This document shows, piece by piece, positions 1-13,273 of a DNA stretch of 42,088 nt (position 1 is the stretch's first letter; each line of letters starts with the position of its first letter). The notes beneath the pieces were generated by a model. The model saw only the letters and a list, made by a program, of their open reading frames with translations. It had not been told where the DNA came from and searched no databases. The position numbers and the translations under genes are program-made. The DNA lies in NCBI RefSeq assembly GCF_001194135.2, contig NC_068982.1, forward strand, positions 19,616,363-19,658,450, read 5' to 3'. The stretch is from Octopus bimaculoides (Eukaryota).

Positions 1-56
<56 letters not shown>
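1..56. repeat. (TG)n microsatellite
   Basis: Perfect TG dinucleotide run at the window start. Confidence 0.97.
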
Positions 57-58
<2 letters not shown>

Positions 59-892
59 TGTATCCATATGCAAGTGAATGTGTTTGACTTTTCAGCATCG
101 AAAACGTTTTCTTTCCATGTGCAAGATATGTTAGAAAAAATTGCTTTTTTCTTTGCAGTTTTTATCCCCGAATTACTTGTGCTGCATGTTTACAGCTGTT
201 TTACTTTAACACACACATGTACCTTCTATTCTGCTCCTAATTGATTTCACTTGTATTGAAACATTTCTATATTGTTTTCTTCTAGTTTGTGCTTCATGTG
301 CTTGTATAATGCCAATCAGCCTTCTATTGTTCTTTTCTGAATATTTTACAAAGCTCTGTATGTTGCTAGGCGTATTAGTGCCAAATGAAAACACCGTGTA
401 TCTTAACTGAATACAAGGAAATAGAAAACACGAATATGTAATGGATGCTGTAGTTTAATACGTTTCAAGTATGGCATAAACAAGGGAGATATAAAAAAAA
501 AAGATCATGATTTATCACTGTGAATTGTAATACTACTGAAGAGAGAATTAGATATCTAAATCAACACATTAAAAATAATAGCTATCGTTTTTAATGAGAA
601 CTGTAATCACACGAATTAAAAATAGTGGTAACAGAGAACTAAACAAATACAACACTTTCATTTATAACAAATATCCAGTTTGAAAAGTTAAGTGGTGGCA
701 TTTCACAACTCCGGGTTTGCTGTGCTTTTGGTTTTGCTTAAATAAAATGGGCTTTAGAAATATTTATTTCTCTCAAGATATTAATAGATGCGTTAAAATC
801 AAATCTAAATTCAGTCTCTATTGAGCCATTATTATCATTCTATGAACTGAGTTGGTATAGGACGAGTTTAGGAAAATAAAACGAACATGTCA

Positions 893-926
893 TACACACA
901 CTCACACACACACACACTCACACACA

Positions 927-965
<39 letters not shown>

Positions 966-976
966 GCACACACACA
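893..976. repeat. (CA)n microsatellite, interrupted
   Basis: CA run with occasional CT/CG interruptions. Confidence 0.95.
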
Positions 977-1004
977 AATATATGTATGTTTGTAACAATA
1001 AACT

Positions 1005-1041
1005 TTTGTGAAGAGTTTGTGAAGATTTTGTGAAGATTTTG
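1005..1041. repeat. 11-bp tandem repeat x3
   Basis: TTTGTGAAGAG TTTGTGAAGAT TTTGTGAAGAT TTTG. Confidence 0.85.
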
Positions 1042-2714
1042 AACTTCGATAATATACTGTGTGTAAGTGGGTGTGCTTGCATATGTATGCATGAATATAT
1101 GTATGTATGCATGTACGTATGAATACATGCATGTATGTATGTCTCCTCAGTATTCAATTATTTCAATTCTTACTCTGAAGAAGGAGCTAGTGTCTAACAA
1201 AGATACAGAACTCCATCATTGGAATGTATATAACGAAATCAATATCACATTTTAAATCCAAGCATTCTCACCTGCGCATACTCACACAAAAACACAGTAT
1301 TTTATTGTAGTTGAACATCTCCACAAGATTTTACTCAGTGTTCCATGTAACTTCGAAATCGCGGTCAACATTTTACTTATAGATATTTAAATAATTATGT
1401 ACTCTAATTTCTTCTAGGTTATATTGTTCTAGCAAATGTCTTCATTTATTCTATAGCATTCTTATGAAAATGTAATGTATATGTATATATGTCACCCAAA
1501 TGCCAAAATTTTACTTCCAATCAACTATTTGGGCCGTTTTCTAGCTACATTTTGTTTTATGCTTATTCGATGAAATGCTTTTAGAATTTTCATTCCAGAT
1601 TGAATCTTTAAATTAAATAACCACCCATTATTTGTCGTACTTAAATCGCAAGACGATTTATTAAATCTTATAAGTTGCATATATTTACCTAATATTGATT
1701 GGCAATGGGACTGTTAAACTTACAAGTACATGCAGTGTCATGACTTAAGCAAGCACTCACAAAATGGCGCATAAATTTCTATTGAAACAGTTATACTTTG
1801 CATTATAGTTACTCTAGGTGCTTACATTCATATTCTTCTGCCTAAATACTATTTTAGTATCGGAATTGTGCGAAAAGATCATTTAGCTCTATTTCTTTTA
1901 AACAATTTAATATAACATTGATCTAGCAAAATGCTTCTTCGGTGAAGACAAGAAAATTCTCGTCAACGGTGTTACCACTCCTGTAATGCATTATAGAATA
2001 AAACAGGACTAGATCTAATCATCTTCATTCAAGCCTCGTTTTTAACAGCATACAGCTTCTCTTTAAAACCACTGGTCAAAAAATTTCCAACTATCTGATG
2101 AAAAATAGTTCGTTAAAAATAGTTCGTTAGTTGAAGAAATATTTAATCTCAACAACATTTAAAAGATTTTTAAAGACGTTTGGAGAATTCAGGATATTAA
2201 AGATTAAATGAAGGTCAAATCAAGTTTGCTGAATGCGTAAACGAGTACATAAAAGAAACTCAGAGACATTGTTTGTAAAGGCAAGTAGAATAGCCAATGG
2301 GCTTGTTAAAAACATAATAACGACAGAAGCAGTATTAATACCAAATGGTAATATTTTTATCCTGCGTTAAGACATACAAGCGAATCAAATGTTATGTTAG
2401 AATGGAAAATAATAAACCCATTGATGGCGTGCGACATCATTGCTTAATGAGATGGTATTTCTGTCGCTGGCAGAGAAATCGAAGCATCTCTAGGTTTCGG
2501 GCATCTACCATTGAGAAGGCAAAGGAGGACTAAAATCACGTGATCTTGTAGTCCTCTAGGCGGTGATGGAGGTTGATTATCTCCCGCTAGTAATATAAAC
2601 GTAGTGCTTGTATGAATCATAAGTCCATTTGAGAGGCTCTCTCACTGTAACAATTGCAGTATTCTGTTTTCTAACAAATCATCCATTTTTACGTGCAGAT
2701 ATATATTACCTTTA

Positions 2715-2761
<47 letters not shown>

Positions 2762-2762
2762 A

Positions 2763-2797
<35 letters not shown>

Positions 2798-2812
2798 TTA
2801 TTTATCTATTTA
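2715..2812. repeat. (TATC)n tetranucleotide microsatellite
   Basis: Long TCTA run, followed by an (AT)n/gap/(AG)n block. Confidence 0.93.
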
Positions 2813-3004
2813 TAGATAGATATAGGTTTATGTATTTATATATGTACATGTACATATATATGTGAATATATATATATATATANNNNNNNNNNNNNNNNNN
2901 NNNNNNNNNNNNNNNNNNNNNNNNNNNNNNNNNNNNNNNNNNNNNNNNNNNNNNNNNNNNNNNNNNNNNNNNNNNNNNNNNNNNNNNNNNNNNNNNNNNN
3001 NNNN

Positions 3005-3042
<38 letters not shown>

Positions 3043-6000
3043 ATTATTGGCTTTCATTGAACAAAGACTCCCCGCTCTTTTAGTAGCTCGTCGGAAACAA
3101 GATTTTGAATGTTTAAAATGTTGGGAAATAATACGACTCGTAACATATGAAATTATTTCTCCAGGATATGTTTCGCCAAAGAATTAGAGATAGATCGGTT
3201 AGTGAAACCTGTTCATTAACTATTAGATTAATATGTGCATACAATATTATACTTTTTATCTGAGTATCATTATTAAATTTCACAAAAATAGTTTCTAGTT
3301 GGTAAATATACAAATATCATATATATTTAAATACATATTTTAGTATATTTTTATGTGTATGTATGTATGTATGTATGTATGTATGTATGTATGTACGTTC
3401 GTAGGTATGTGTGTATGTATAGAACGTGCGAATTGTTGTACAGATTGTTTAAACTAATAAATGAAGAAAGTAGTCAGAAGCTGGAGAAAAATATATCACA
3501 CAGACACGTGCATACACAGACAAACATACATGCACACACAGAGACACACATATTGTTATTTATCATATTGATTTTGCGCTTTCATTGCATTTCGAATTTT
3601 AAAAAAATTGCTATATGTTAAATAAATTGCTTCCTTTGTGTATGTGATGGATGTAACCTGTCAGTTGGAGACTGCCAGGAATTTAAATACTTTTGATAAT
3701 TTTGTTTGCTTGTGTCTGGGAATTGGACATAAGATATAGAAAAGAACTTTAGCTGATAATTATAAATAGACAGGATGTTTAAATGCAAAGTGGGGTGGGG
3801 AAATAGAAGAGAAAGAGACAAAGTAAGAGTCACACTGTTAGTAGGTGTTACAGAAAATTTCCACAGTTTACAACCAGCAATGCTGAACATTCCGAATAGT
3901 ATAACCAACATAAAAAAGGTACGACACTACATTAGACAAGAACAGTAGAAAATAGACTACATGGACTTACAAAGTAAAGACATGAATTCTAGACAGAGAA
4001 TAAGAGGGCACAATATGATAAATCCTACAATTTTATAGAATACATACTACAAACCTCAGGCCTCATGACACCAAGATTTCCAATAACGCACTATTTTCAA
4101 AGTGTGGTAATCGAATTATGTGTTTTATAGTTGATTACTATAATTTCAATAGATGCAATACCGATTGATGAAGCCACGTTCATCAAAACCCTATTAATAA
4201 CGGTATCGTAGTGTGTCCATTTGAACATCTCAGCACCTTCAACAGATGCTTATTTCAAGAAATATGCTTCCATGTAAGGTACCAAAGGCAAAACATTTTT
4301 CTTAAATACGTTTAATCCAAAGTCGATAAATTACAGAAGTGGAGTTGTAAATTGTGTATATTTAGACTCGAACTTGCCTCTGAGATTTACTTTCTTGAAG
4401 TAATCCGTCATTCTACATTGTTAACATTGATATTTATATTCACTATAAGCTCAGAGTGTTATACAAAATTGCAAATCGATTAACGAACCATTTTATTGAA
4501 TATTGTAAAATAATTATTTATAAAATAAACGTTACTATAATCATTTTATCTTGATGATATTGAATTTTTCCTTCATGCAACTCCAATTTCTAAAAAGAAC
4601 ACAAAGCATCTCAATGGGGAATAGTTTTTCAGCGATTATTCGATGAACACAGCACTTGACACGTACTTGCTCTTTATCGACCACCTATGAATGAAATATA
4701 TAACGTCAATTTGCGTCGCAATTTTCAAATCAGTGGCAACGCATTTGATCCAACGTGTTTTGATATCAAATTATTTCGGAGTAAGACGAGAAAGTAAGGG
4801 ATTTATCTTAACAAAATTCAATATCTAATTTCCGTTCTTTAAATTCTAAACTCAAATGACGTAGGTTCAACATAGCTTCATTAAGAATAGTCTCGATAAC
4901 ATATAAATCAGGTCTGTTATATGGATTGCCCAATAATAACGGACTTTCCGGGATATGTATATTTCATGAAATACCAGAAATAAAAACGAAATAAAATGAA
5001 TTTATATGTAATCATCGATACAAGGAAAATACTCGGGCAAAAATCATTCCGAGAAATTTTAAGAGAAACTACATAATATAAGTGATTTGCAAGTGAGAGC
5101 AATTTCATTGTTTGCCGGTGTACCTAAACTCTGAATGAGTATGAAATTTTACAGAAGATTTCTTATACAACAAAACTGTAAACAGTATCAAGTCAACATC
5201 TTCCTCGTAAACGCTGACAAATATTTCAGCCTGTATTCATATAATTTAATTTGAGGATACATATTGTAGGAGAAGCAGTTGCTTCATGCTAAAAGGAAAT
5301 TGAGAAAATATGAAGAAATAGAAAACAATATCTTGCATTAATAATTTCCTTGAGTATTATTTCACTATATACATCGAAATTATTGAATGATTAAGAGAAT
5401 GGACACATTGAAAGTTTAAAACAATTGATAGCAATATTATGATATATGCTAGAATATAAAACGTCTTTCAATTCTAGCACACATTTAGATCAATTATTAT
5501 ATAAAACCCATATGTCTGATAAAATCCAAGACGAATATCCTGACTAAATAATAGTTATGTGAAGGGCGAGAGGTGAGTATACACTATACATTATAATCAT
5601 TTGTGGAACTGTACAACTACACAGGAAACCATCCATTTCCAATCTTAGATTAGAAATTATCATCAAAGCCAGATCTGAATCAGCGTATTTGACCGGAAAT
5701 TAGAGCGAGTGCAAAATTGTTAAATAGAAGAAAGGAAAATATATTCAGATACTGGAGACGGATGACGAAGGAAAATGAATTTGACTTATTGAGAGTTACA
5801 TATTGTATACAATTTCCTTTCATGTTTACATTGTCACAATCGATACTATTCAGTTTATTTGATTATATTTTGGTTTGTTATGTAGTAAAATTCTTGTTGC
5901 ATTTTCATACAATAGATCTATTTAGACGCATATTATATGTCTGTGTGCCTATGTATGTATGTATAAATGTATATATGTATATATGTATGCGTGTGTGTAT

Positions 6001-6164
6001 GCATGCATGCATGTATGTATATATGTATGTTTTATGTGCGTGTGTGTATGTATATATACTACGTATGCAAAGATAGGTAAATAGTTATTTGTGGAATTAG
6101 TGTCATCAATAGTAGCTACGAACACATAAAGGACAGACGACATTTAAACAAGAATTGATATTTA

Positions 6165-7441
6165 TGATAGTTGACTGAAAAGTTCAGAGGCTGACAAATA
6201 TACTCTCATGTAATGTGACCAAACGAGGTTTATTTTTCAACATAGTCCACACATAATCGCTTGCAGTCCACACACTTCTTTTATCAGACATGCAGGGCGT
6301 GGCTCCCATTCGAGAAGAAGGTTTCATCTTGCTGGTCAAAAGAGTCATCAACAGCACATATGACGTCATCATCTCTGCGATACTGGTTTCCAACGAAGTG
6401 TTTTTACATTTTGGGAAACGGGTGATAATCAGATGAGGCCTAATCAGGAGAGTAGGGAGAGTGATCAATCAGCAAGTATTAAAACCACGCACATTAGCTA
6501 CTGAAACCAAAGACCTGTGTGCTGAAGCATTGTCCCTATGAAGCAAGATAACTTTTGTCAATTTTCTGGGTGTTTGATCTTGAAAGTCTTTTGTAACTGC
6601 CTCGACAAGTTGACACAGTACTCTCTATTGATGGTGTGTCGCTTTTGAAGACAATTAATAGAGACGATTCCTTTTGCATCCCCAAAACTGAGGCTATCAA
6701 CTTCCCTACATAGGAAACACCACGGCTTTCTTTGGAGCAAGTGAAGAGGGGCGTTTCCACAGATGTTCTCACTGTCTCTGGCTCAAAGTGGTGAACCTAA
6801 CACTCATCCTGGCTTAGGAAACATTGAAGGAAACCAGCTCGGACTGCCTGAGAAAATGTCAGATTTTCCTGTGATGTGATCAGATTAGTGTGCGTTTGAT
6901 CTAGTGCTAAAAGACGTAGGGCCCACGACTCGCTCGGCCTGCTTCTTCTTTCTCGTCCGCCTAGGCCGCCTAGGCCGCCGTGTAACGCACACACACCCAA
7001 GTCGATTGTGTAGAATATTGTAAATTCTCCTACGAGATAGCTAATAACATTGGATATATGATTTATAACCCCAATCACTTGTCTTCTAGTAGTGGAAATT
7101 AAATGCAGGATGTCCAGATCATGAATCATCTTCAAGACTCACCCTTCTCCTCCTAAATTCAGCTGCCCATTATTTACCTGCTGATCCTCTCACGCATCAA
7201 CCATTTCAGTATGACTGTCGTTGGGGGTATACCCTCTTTCTGCAGATACTTAATGACAACAGGATACCAAATTATGTTCATTTTCAAGAGAAGTCGCTAC
7301 CAATTACTCTTGAAGTCGTTAAACAATCAGATGTCAATTTACCTGGATGGAAAAAATGCGTTGAAATTAATGCATGCAATATTTTACATATCTAGCATCA
7401 CTTGTTCATAGTTAGACAATGAACTTTTCTGCCCAACCTAT
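6165..7441 (-). mobile_element. Full-length decayed mariner (DD34D) DNA transposon, about 1.28 kb
   Basis: Imperfect TIRs: left TA|TGATAGTTGACTGAAAAGTTCAGAGGCTGAC (6163-6195); right, reverse-complemented, TA|ATAGGTTGGGCAGAAAAGTTCATTGTCTAAC (7411-7443). TA dinucleotides flank both ends, and a transposase remnant lies inside. Confidence 0.92.
6230..7281 (-). pseudogene. Mariner transposase pseudogene with stops and frameshifts
   Basis: Pieced together across frames: MNIIWYPVVIKYLQKEG; WAAEFRRRRVSLEDDS*SGHP; WALRLL (WVPRLL motif); LSQDEC*VHHFEPET (first D); DAKGIVSINCLQKRHTINREY; LHRDNAS (second D); SPYSPD*ASSDYHPFPKM (third D, YSPDLAPSD motif); KKCVD...DYVEK*. Confidence 0.92.
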
Positions 7442-7705
7442 TACATATGGTATCTTTACAAAAGCATATTGCACTTCTGTCTTAGAATTTTCAAATCTGT
7501 GACGAATATATATATATNNNNNNNNNNNNNNNNNNNNNNNNNNNNNNNNNNNNNNNNNNNNNNNNNNNNNNNNNNNNNNNNNNNNNNNNNNNNNNNNNNN
7601 NNNNNNNNNNNNNNNNNNNNNNNNNNNNNNNNNNNNNNNNNNNNNNNNNNNNNNNNNNNNNNNNNNNNNNNNNNNNNNNNNNNNNNNNNNNNNNNNNNNN
7701 NNNNN

Positions 7706-7772
<67 letters not shown>

Positions 7773-8465
7773 TCCCTACACAAAATAAAATATAAAAGTT
7801 GAAGCACTCCAGATATCGATCTCAAAACGAATGGATATGAAAGATCTGGATTAGTAGGATCGACTCGAACATTTCAACCTTCATTTTTTCCAATATCGCT
7901 GTGTATAATACAGAAAATATTCCAACATTAACCAAGTTATGTTTCCATCAAATTTGAAATTCACCTAAGGCTTCAGTCATACGTCCACTACAAAGGTTAA
8001 GCTCGTGTCACATCACATTACCAGACAACTATTTCACCTTAACTGGCCCCGTTTTCATTAACAAGGTAACTAGATACACCGTAGTATGAAAAAGATATCA
8101 TGACATCCAGACTGTTCTACGTCGAATATATCCACTAAATTCCAGAGAAACCACCTACACAGGGATATATCTCTGCAAATAATCACACAGTACTTGAATG
8201 GGTTACGGTACCCAAAGAATGACTATAGTATGAAACATTATTAAATGTCTTTTCTAGGTGTCTAAATATATATGACGGTGGGTGTACGCTAATATCAGAC
8301 AGAATGAGTGCTCAGCACCTCCTTCATGGATGAATATTGTGTCTTTGTGAGTTAACAAGGCTACCAAGAGTGTTATGCAGGAGATATCTCTTCCCATGAA
8401 AGTACTGGTAGCCTTGTAAACCCACAAATACAGAATATGTATGTATGTATACACACACACAACCA

Positions 8466-8507
<42 letters not shown>

Positions 8508-9361
8508 TATATGCACATGCATATGTTTATTTATATATTTATATTTATATTTATATATTTGATCCTTTATATTGAACACTCAATATTTCATCTACATTCA
8601 ATACTTTATTTCATGGTGCCATCCATTTTTATTTTATTTTATTTTATATTATATATCGTATATTCCATATTCTATACCCCCACATTGGTTCTGCAGGAAT
8701 ATAAATAAAACATAAAAAACAGACAGTGTTGGAACTCTTTTAAACAAAATAATATATTCCTCTATANNNNNNNNNNNNNNNNNNNNNNNNNNNNNNNNNN
8801 NNNNNNNNNNNNNNNNNNNNNNNNNNNNNNNNNNNNNNNNNNNNNNNNNNNNNNNNNNNNNNNNNNNNNNNNNNNNNNNNNNNNNNNNNNNNNNNNNNNN
8901 NNNNNNNNNNNNNNNNNNNNNNNNNNNNNNNNNNNNNNNNNNNNNNNNNNNNNNNNNNNNNNNNNNNNNNNNNNNNNNNNNNNNNNNNNNNNNNNNNNNN
9001 NNNNNNNNNNNNNNNNNNNNNNNNNNNNNNNNNNNNNNNNNNNNNNNNNNNNNNNNNNNNNNNNNNNNNNNNNNNNNNNNNNNNNNNNNNNNNNNNNNNN
9101 NNNNNNNNNNNNNNNNNNNNNNNNNNNNNNNNNNNNNNNNNNNNNNNNNNNNNNNNNNNNNNNNNNNNNNNNNNNNNNNNNNNNNNNNNNNNNNNNNNNN
9201 NNNNNNNNNNNNNNNNNNNNNNNNNNNNNNNNNNNNNNNNNNNNNNNNNNNNNNNNNNNNNNNNNNNNNNNNNNNNNNNNNNNNNNNNNNNNNNNNNNNN
9301 NNNNNNNNNNNNNNNNNNNNNNNNNNNNNNNNNNNNNNNNNNNNNNNNNNNNNNNNNNNNN

Positions 9362-9412
<51 letters not shown>

Positions 9413-9717
9413 GTATGTTCGGAGTGTACACTTAGCTGTTTGGCTGCAACTGTTCAGATTAGAGCACAAAGTAGATTAGCATAATCTCGTCTGCTTCCAG
9501 TCTGGTCGTTTTCCTAGTACTATACTTAGTAGTATTACTGCTTATGCAATACAGAGTAAATGTAGAAGAAATTGCGATAAATGCAAATTTATATAATTTG
9601 TTCTTACGCCAGGATTCGTCTGTATATGACCATATGTATGTGCATGTATGTGTATTTTCATGTATATACGCATACATATATATGCATGCATATAAATCTA
9701 AATATCGTATATAAATA

Positions 9718-9780
<63 letters not shown>

Positions 9781-9933
9781 GCGTGTGTGGGTGTGGGTGT
9801 GGGTGTGCGTATGTGCTTGTATTTGCATACATATATGTATACGCTTGTGAATGAGTGTATATGTACGTATGTGTCTGTATGAGTACATGGAGTGTATAAG
9901 TATATATGCATAATGTTTATATGTGTATCTCTC

Positions 9934-9970
<37 letters not shown>

Positions 9971-10015
9971 GTCTCTCTCTCTGTGTCTCTCTCTCTGTCT
10001 CTCTCNNNNNNNNNN

Positions 10016-10081
<66 letters not shown>

Positions 10082-10940
10082 CGCACACACATATGCATGC
10101 ATACATATATATGTAAATATATATGTGTGTGCGTGTATTTATATACACATACATACTCTTATGTAAGTATCTATTATGTATCAGCATAATATAATTTTTT
10201 GTTGATTCAATAAATGCGACAAATGATGGGACTCTAAGCATGTACTGTATTCTTTAATATATTGCAACTGTAAAGCTCCGATTTTCAGTGTTCAGTGTTA
10301 CTTGTTTCCAATCATCAGATATAAACGAAGCCTAGTTTTCTTTTGAAATGTCCACTGTCTGAATATTTTTTGAAATATATAATGAAAGTTTGAAAAAATG
10401 CTCATCTTTATATGTTACTGTCTGTGAATCTTTGTGAACGATACATGTAAACACGGTCGTTTCAATTTCACAGCTTTGAATTTCTTTATTGGCCCTCGTG
10501 ATAATACTGTTTTCAACGTCATATACTTCATTAAAAGTGAAGTCATGGAATTGATTTTGCTATTTAAGCAATGTTCCAAAATAACACTTGATATTTTAAA
10601 TCACTGCTTTTTATTGTTGGTTTTGCATGCACCAGAACAGATGCATTCATTTACGCATATATCAAGAAAACTTTTCCAAACCAACATTTTTTCTTAACCA
10701 AAAACGAAGGTTAAGGAAGCTTGTATTACATAAAAGATACTTCTCGACATGCAAATACGGTGCTAACAGTTCAGTTCTTATTTTCAAACTCCCGTTCCTG
10801 AATCATTGCGCACTATCTATAATATCTATAATATCTATAATATCCCAGTTAATCTTGGTTTCATGAAGACTTATCTCACATAAGAACCATATAAATGTCG
10901 ACTAAGCCGTAGCACATTTTCTATATGACATGTTCGGCCG

Positions 10941-11000
10941 AAGGTGGTACTCCAACATGGCCGCAATCAAGTGACTGAAACAAACACAAGAAGAAAAGAA
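10941..11000 (+). mobile_element. 3' tail fragment of the SINE family at 36317-36677
   Basis: AAGGTGGTACTCCAACATGGCCGCAATCAAGTGACTGAAAC matches 36608-36650 AAGGCGATGCTCCAGCATGACCGCAGTCAAATGACTCAAAC. Confidence 0.75.
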
Positions 11001-11158
11001 GGAAATAATATAATTCATAGCTCCTGGGGTGACTCAATTTAATTTTGTACTTAACATTTCTATTTTACATATCCCTACATTGTTACCTAACGAAAGTGTA
11101 CTGTGCAGAACATATGCTGTGATACATTAATAATGCCTATAAATTTCTATCCGCACGT

Positions 11159-11202
<44 letters not shown>

Positions 11203-11291
11203 NNNNNNNNNNNNNNNGGGGGGGGGGTGTATGTAAACATATATATATATATATAAATATATATACATACATAAATATATATACACTCACA

Positions 11292-11379
<88 letters not shown>

Positions 11380-13218
11380 CAAATTTTGTTTTTGCACAGC
11401 TCACTACATTTACTATATTGTTTAGCATATTTATAGACATTTTAACTTGATTGACAAGTACACTATTTATTCGTTTTTCTACATTCGTCTGTAACCCCAG
11501 GGAGATAAATATGCCAAAAAGGTTACAAACGCAAAAAATATATACCAAATTATGCATAAAACATAAATTGTCGAGGATTTTGTCAATAAATAATGGTTGC
11601 CTTGACAAGAATTGATGGATTTTATTATTCGAACCAGTCCACTTATATATTCTAATATTCTCCTGATCCTAAATTATGCATAAAAAGAAAGAAAAGAAAA
11701 GAATTCGCTTCGATCAATTGGACAGTAATTATTTAAAGGCGTAAAAGCAGGGGTTGTCATTTGCGTTGAATGTTGTGTGCCTCACGATCATTTATTTCAA
11801 AATTCTATTGTGATTTGTCAGTCCAATTTTCGTTGCGTTTTTACTTCATGTTTTGGATTATTGGCAAAAATATTTTTTATGATTGTTATATACGAAATGC
11901 GGATTATACTACTTAAGGTGTATGTAAAAAGTTCAATTCATTTTTCTTGATTTAAATAGACGGTTCACTTCTTTGCATTATGGTTTTCTGTGTTCTACTT
12001 TCTCGGTTTGTTTCTACGTCCCTAGAATTATTTATCAATAATCACCTGATTTACCTGGAAAATGTGATAGAATTTTTGAATGACTTAAGATATTTATTTA
12101 ATATATTTGGCAAGCTCCTCAAGAAATAAATTTTGAAGTTTATTAAATCAATTTTAATGACCGTGATGAGCCTTTATATACATAATCCTTTGGTATTAGA
12201 TTATTTTTATTGCCTTATGAGTAGAAATGTTCTCGAGATACACTAGAACTAGTAATAAATTATTTGAATGAAAGCTTTATACTTCGTAAAGTCGCCTAAT
12301 AGGAATAAACTATGATGAACTATAAATTAATGTTAAGAGACAACAACTGAACTGTCGTTTGATATCTCATTTAATATAGATAAGAGATCGAGGGTTTTAT
12401 TTTATGACAACATATTTAAGCCTGGAGAAAAGGTAACATACTATAAAAAGTCTTCACAAGTAACCAATGAGAAAACTGTACGCAGATGTGTGAGGGTACG
12501 TTTAGTAAAAAGGAATCATGCTTTAAAAACAATAAAGTATTTTACGATTTTTGGAAACCAAGGCTCAAATATGAATGTCTTTGATTACATTATGTGGATG
12601 GCCTTCGTAAAAACGTAAATATATCTAGAAAAATATGTCTTTACCCAGTGAAAAGACCACATCCTGATAAAAGTGTGGGCTTCAGGAAATGAAATACATT
12701 CAAGTGATGCACCTAACAACAAACGAATAGCACCTATATGTGTGGATGTGCACAGACAGACAAACATACATATATGTGTTTATGTATGTGTATGTTTGTA
12801 AGTAAATTTCTATTTATACCATATATCATCTACGAAAGTATGTATTATAAATATACCTAGACCGTGCTACATATTGTGGACACTTCGTAACAATGTCATA
12901 AAAAAAAACATCTAGAGTTCTACGTTGAATTATAATGGCGAAGCATTTCTAAACACTGCATATCGCACAAATCTCCGTATATTCCTTACTATTTCATATA
13001 TTTATTTATTAGTTCTCATGACTGTGGAATGAGATAGAACTGAACGTGAACTTACATTGTTTATATTAGTGTAAGCTACGGTAAATACTGTAGGCATTAT
13101 CAAAACGAAATGTCGTTTTCTACATTTCGTTAGAGCTAAGTGGACAGAAAAAAAATATAAATAAGTGAATTGTATTTACAATTTCCTTCAAAGCAAATAT
13201 TGGAAGAATATTCAATGG

Positions 13219-13273
<55 letters not shown>

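Noticed and set aside
2535-2600. E-box palindrome ATCACGTGAT with a downstream TATAAA as a promoter
   Set aside because: Short motifs are expected by chance in 42 kb of AT-rich DNA, and no downstream exon is supported.
4860-4960. Minus-strand PYNRPDLYVIET resembling the Tc1 'SPDLNxIEN' motif
   Set aside because: No flanking DDE motifs or TIRs could be found, so a short motif alone is insufficient.
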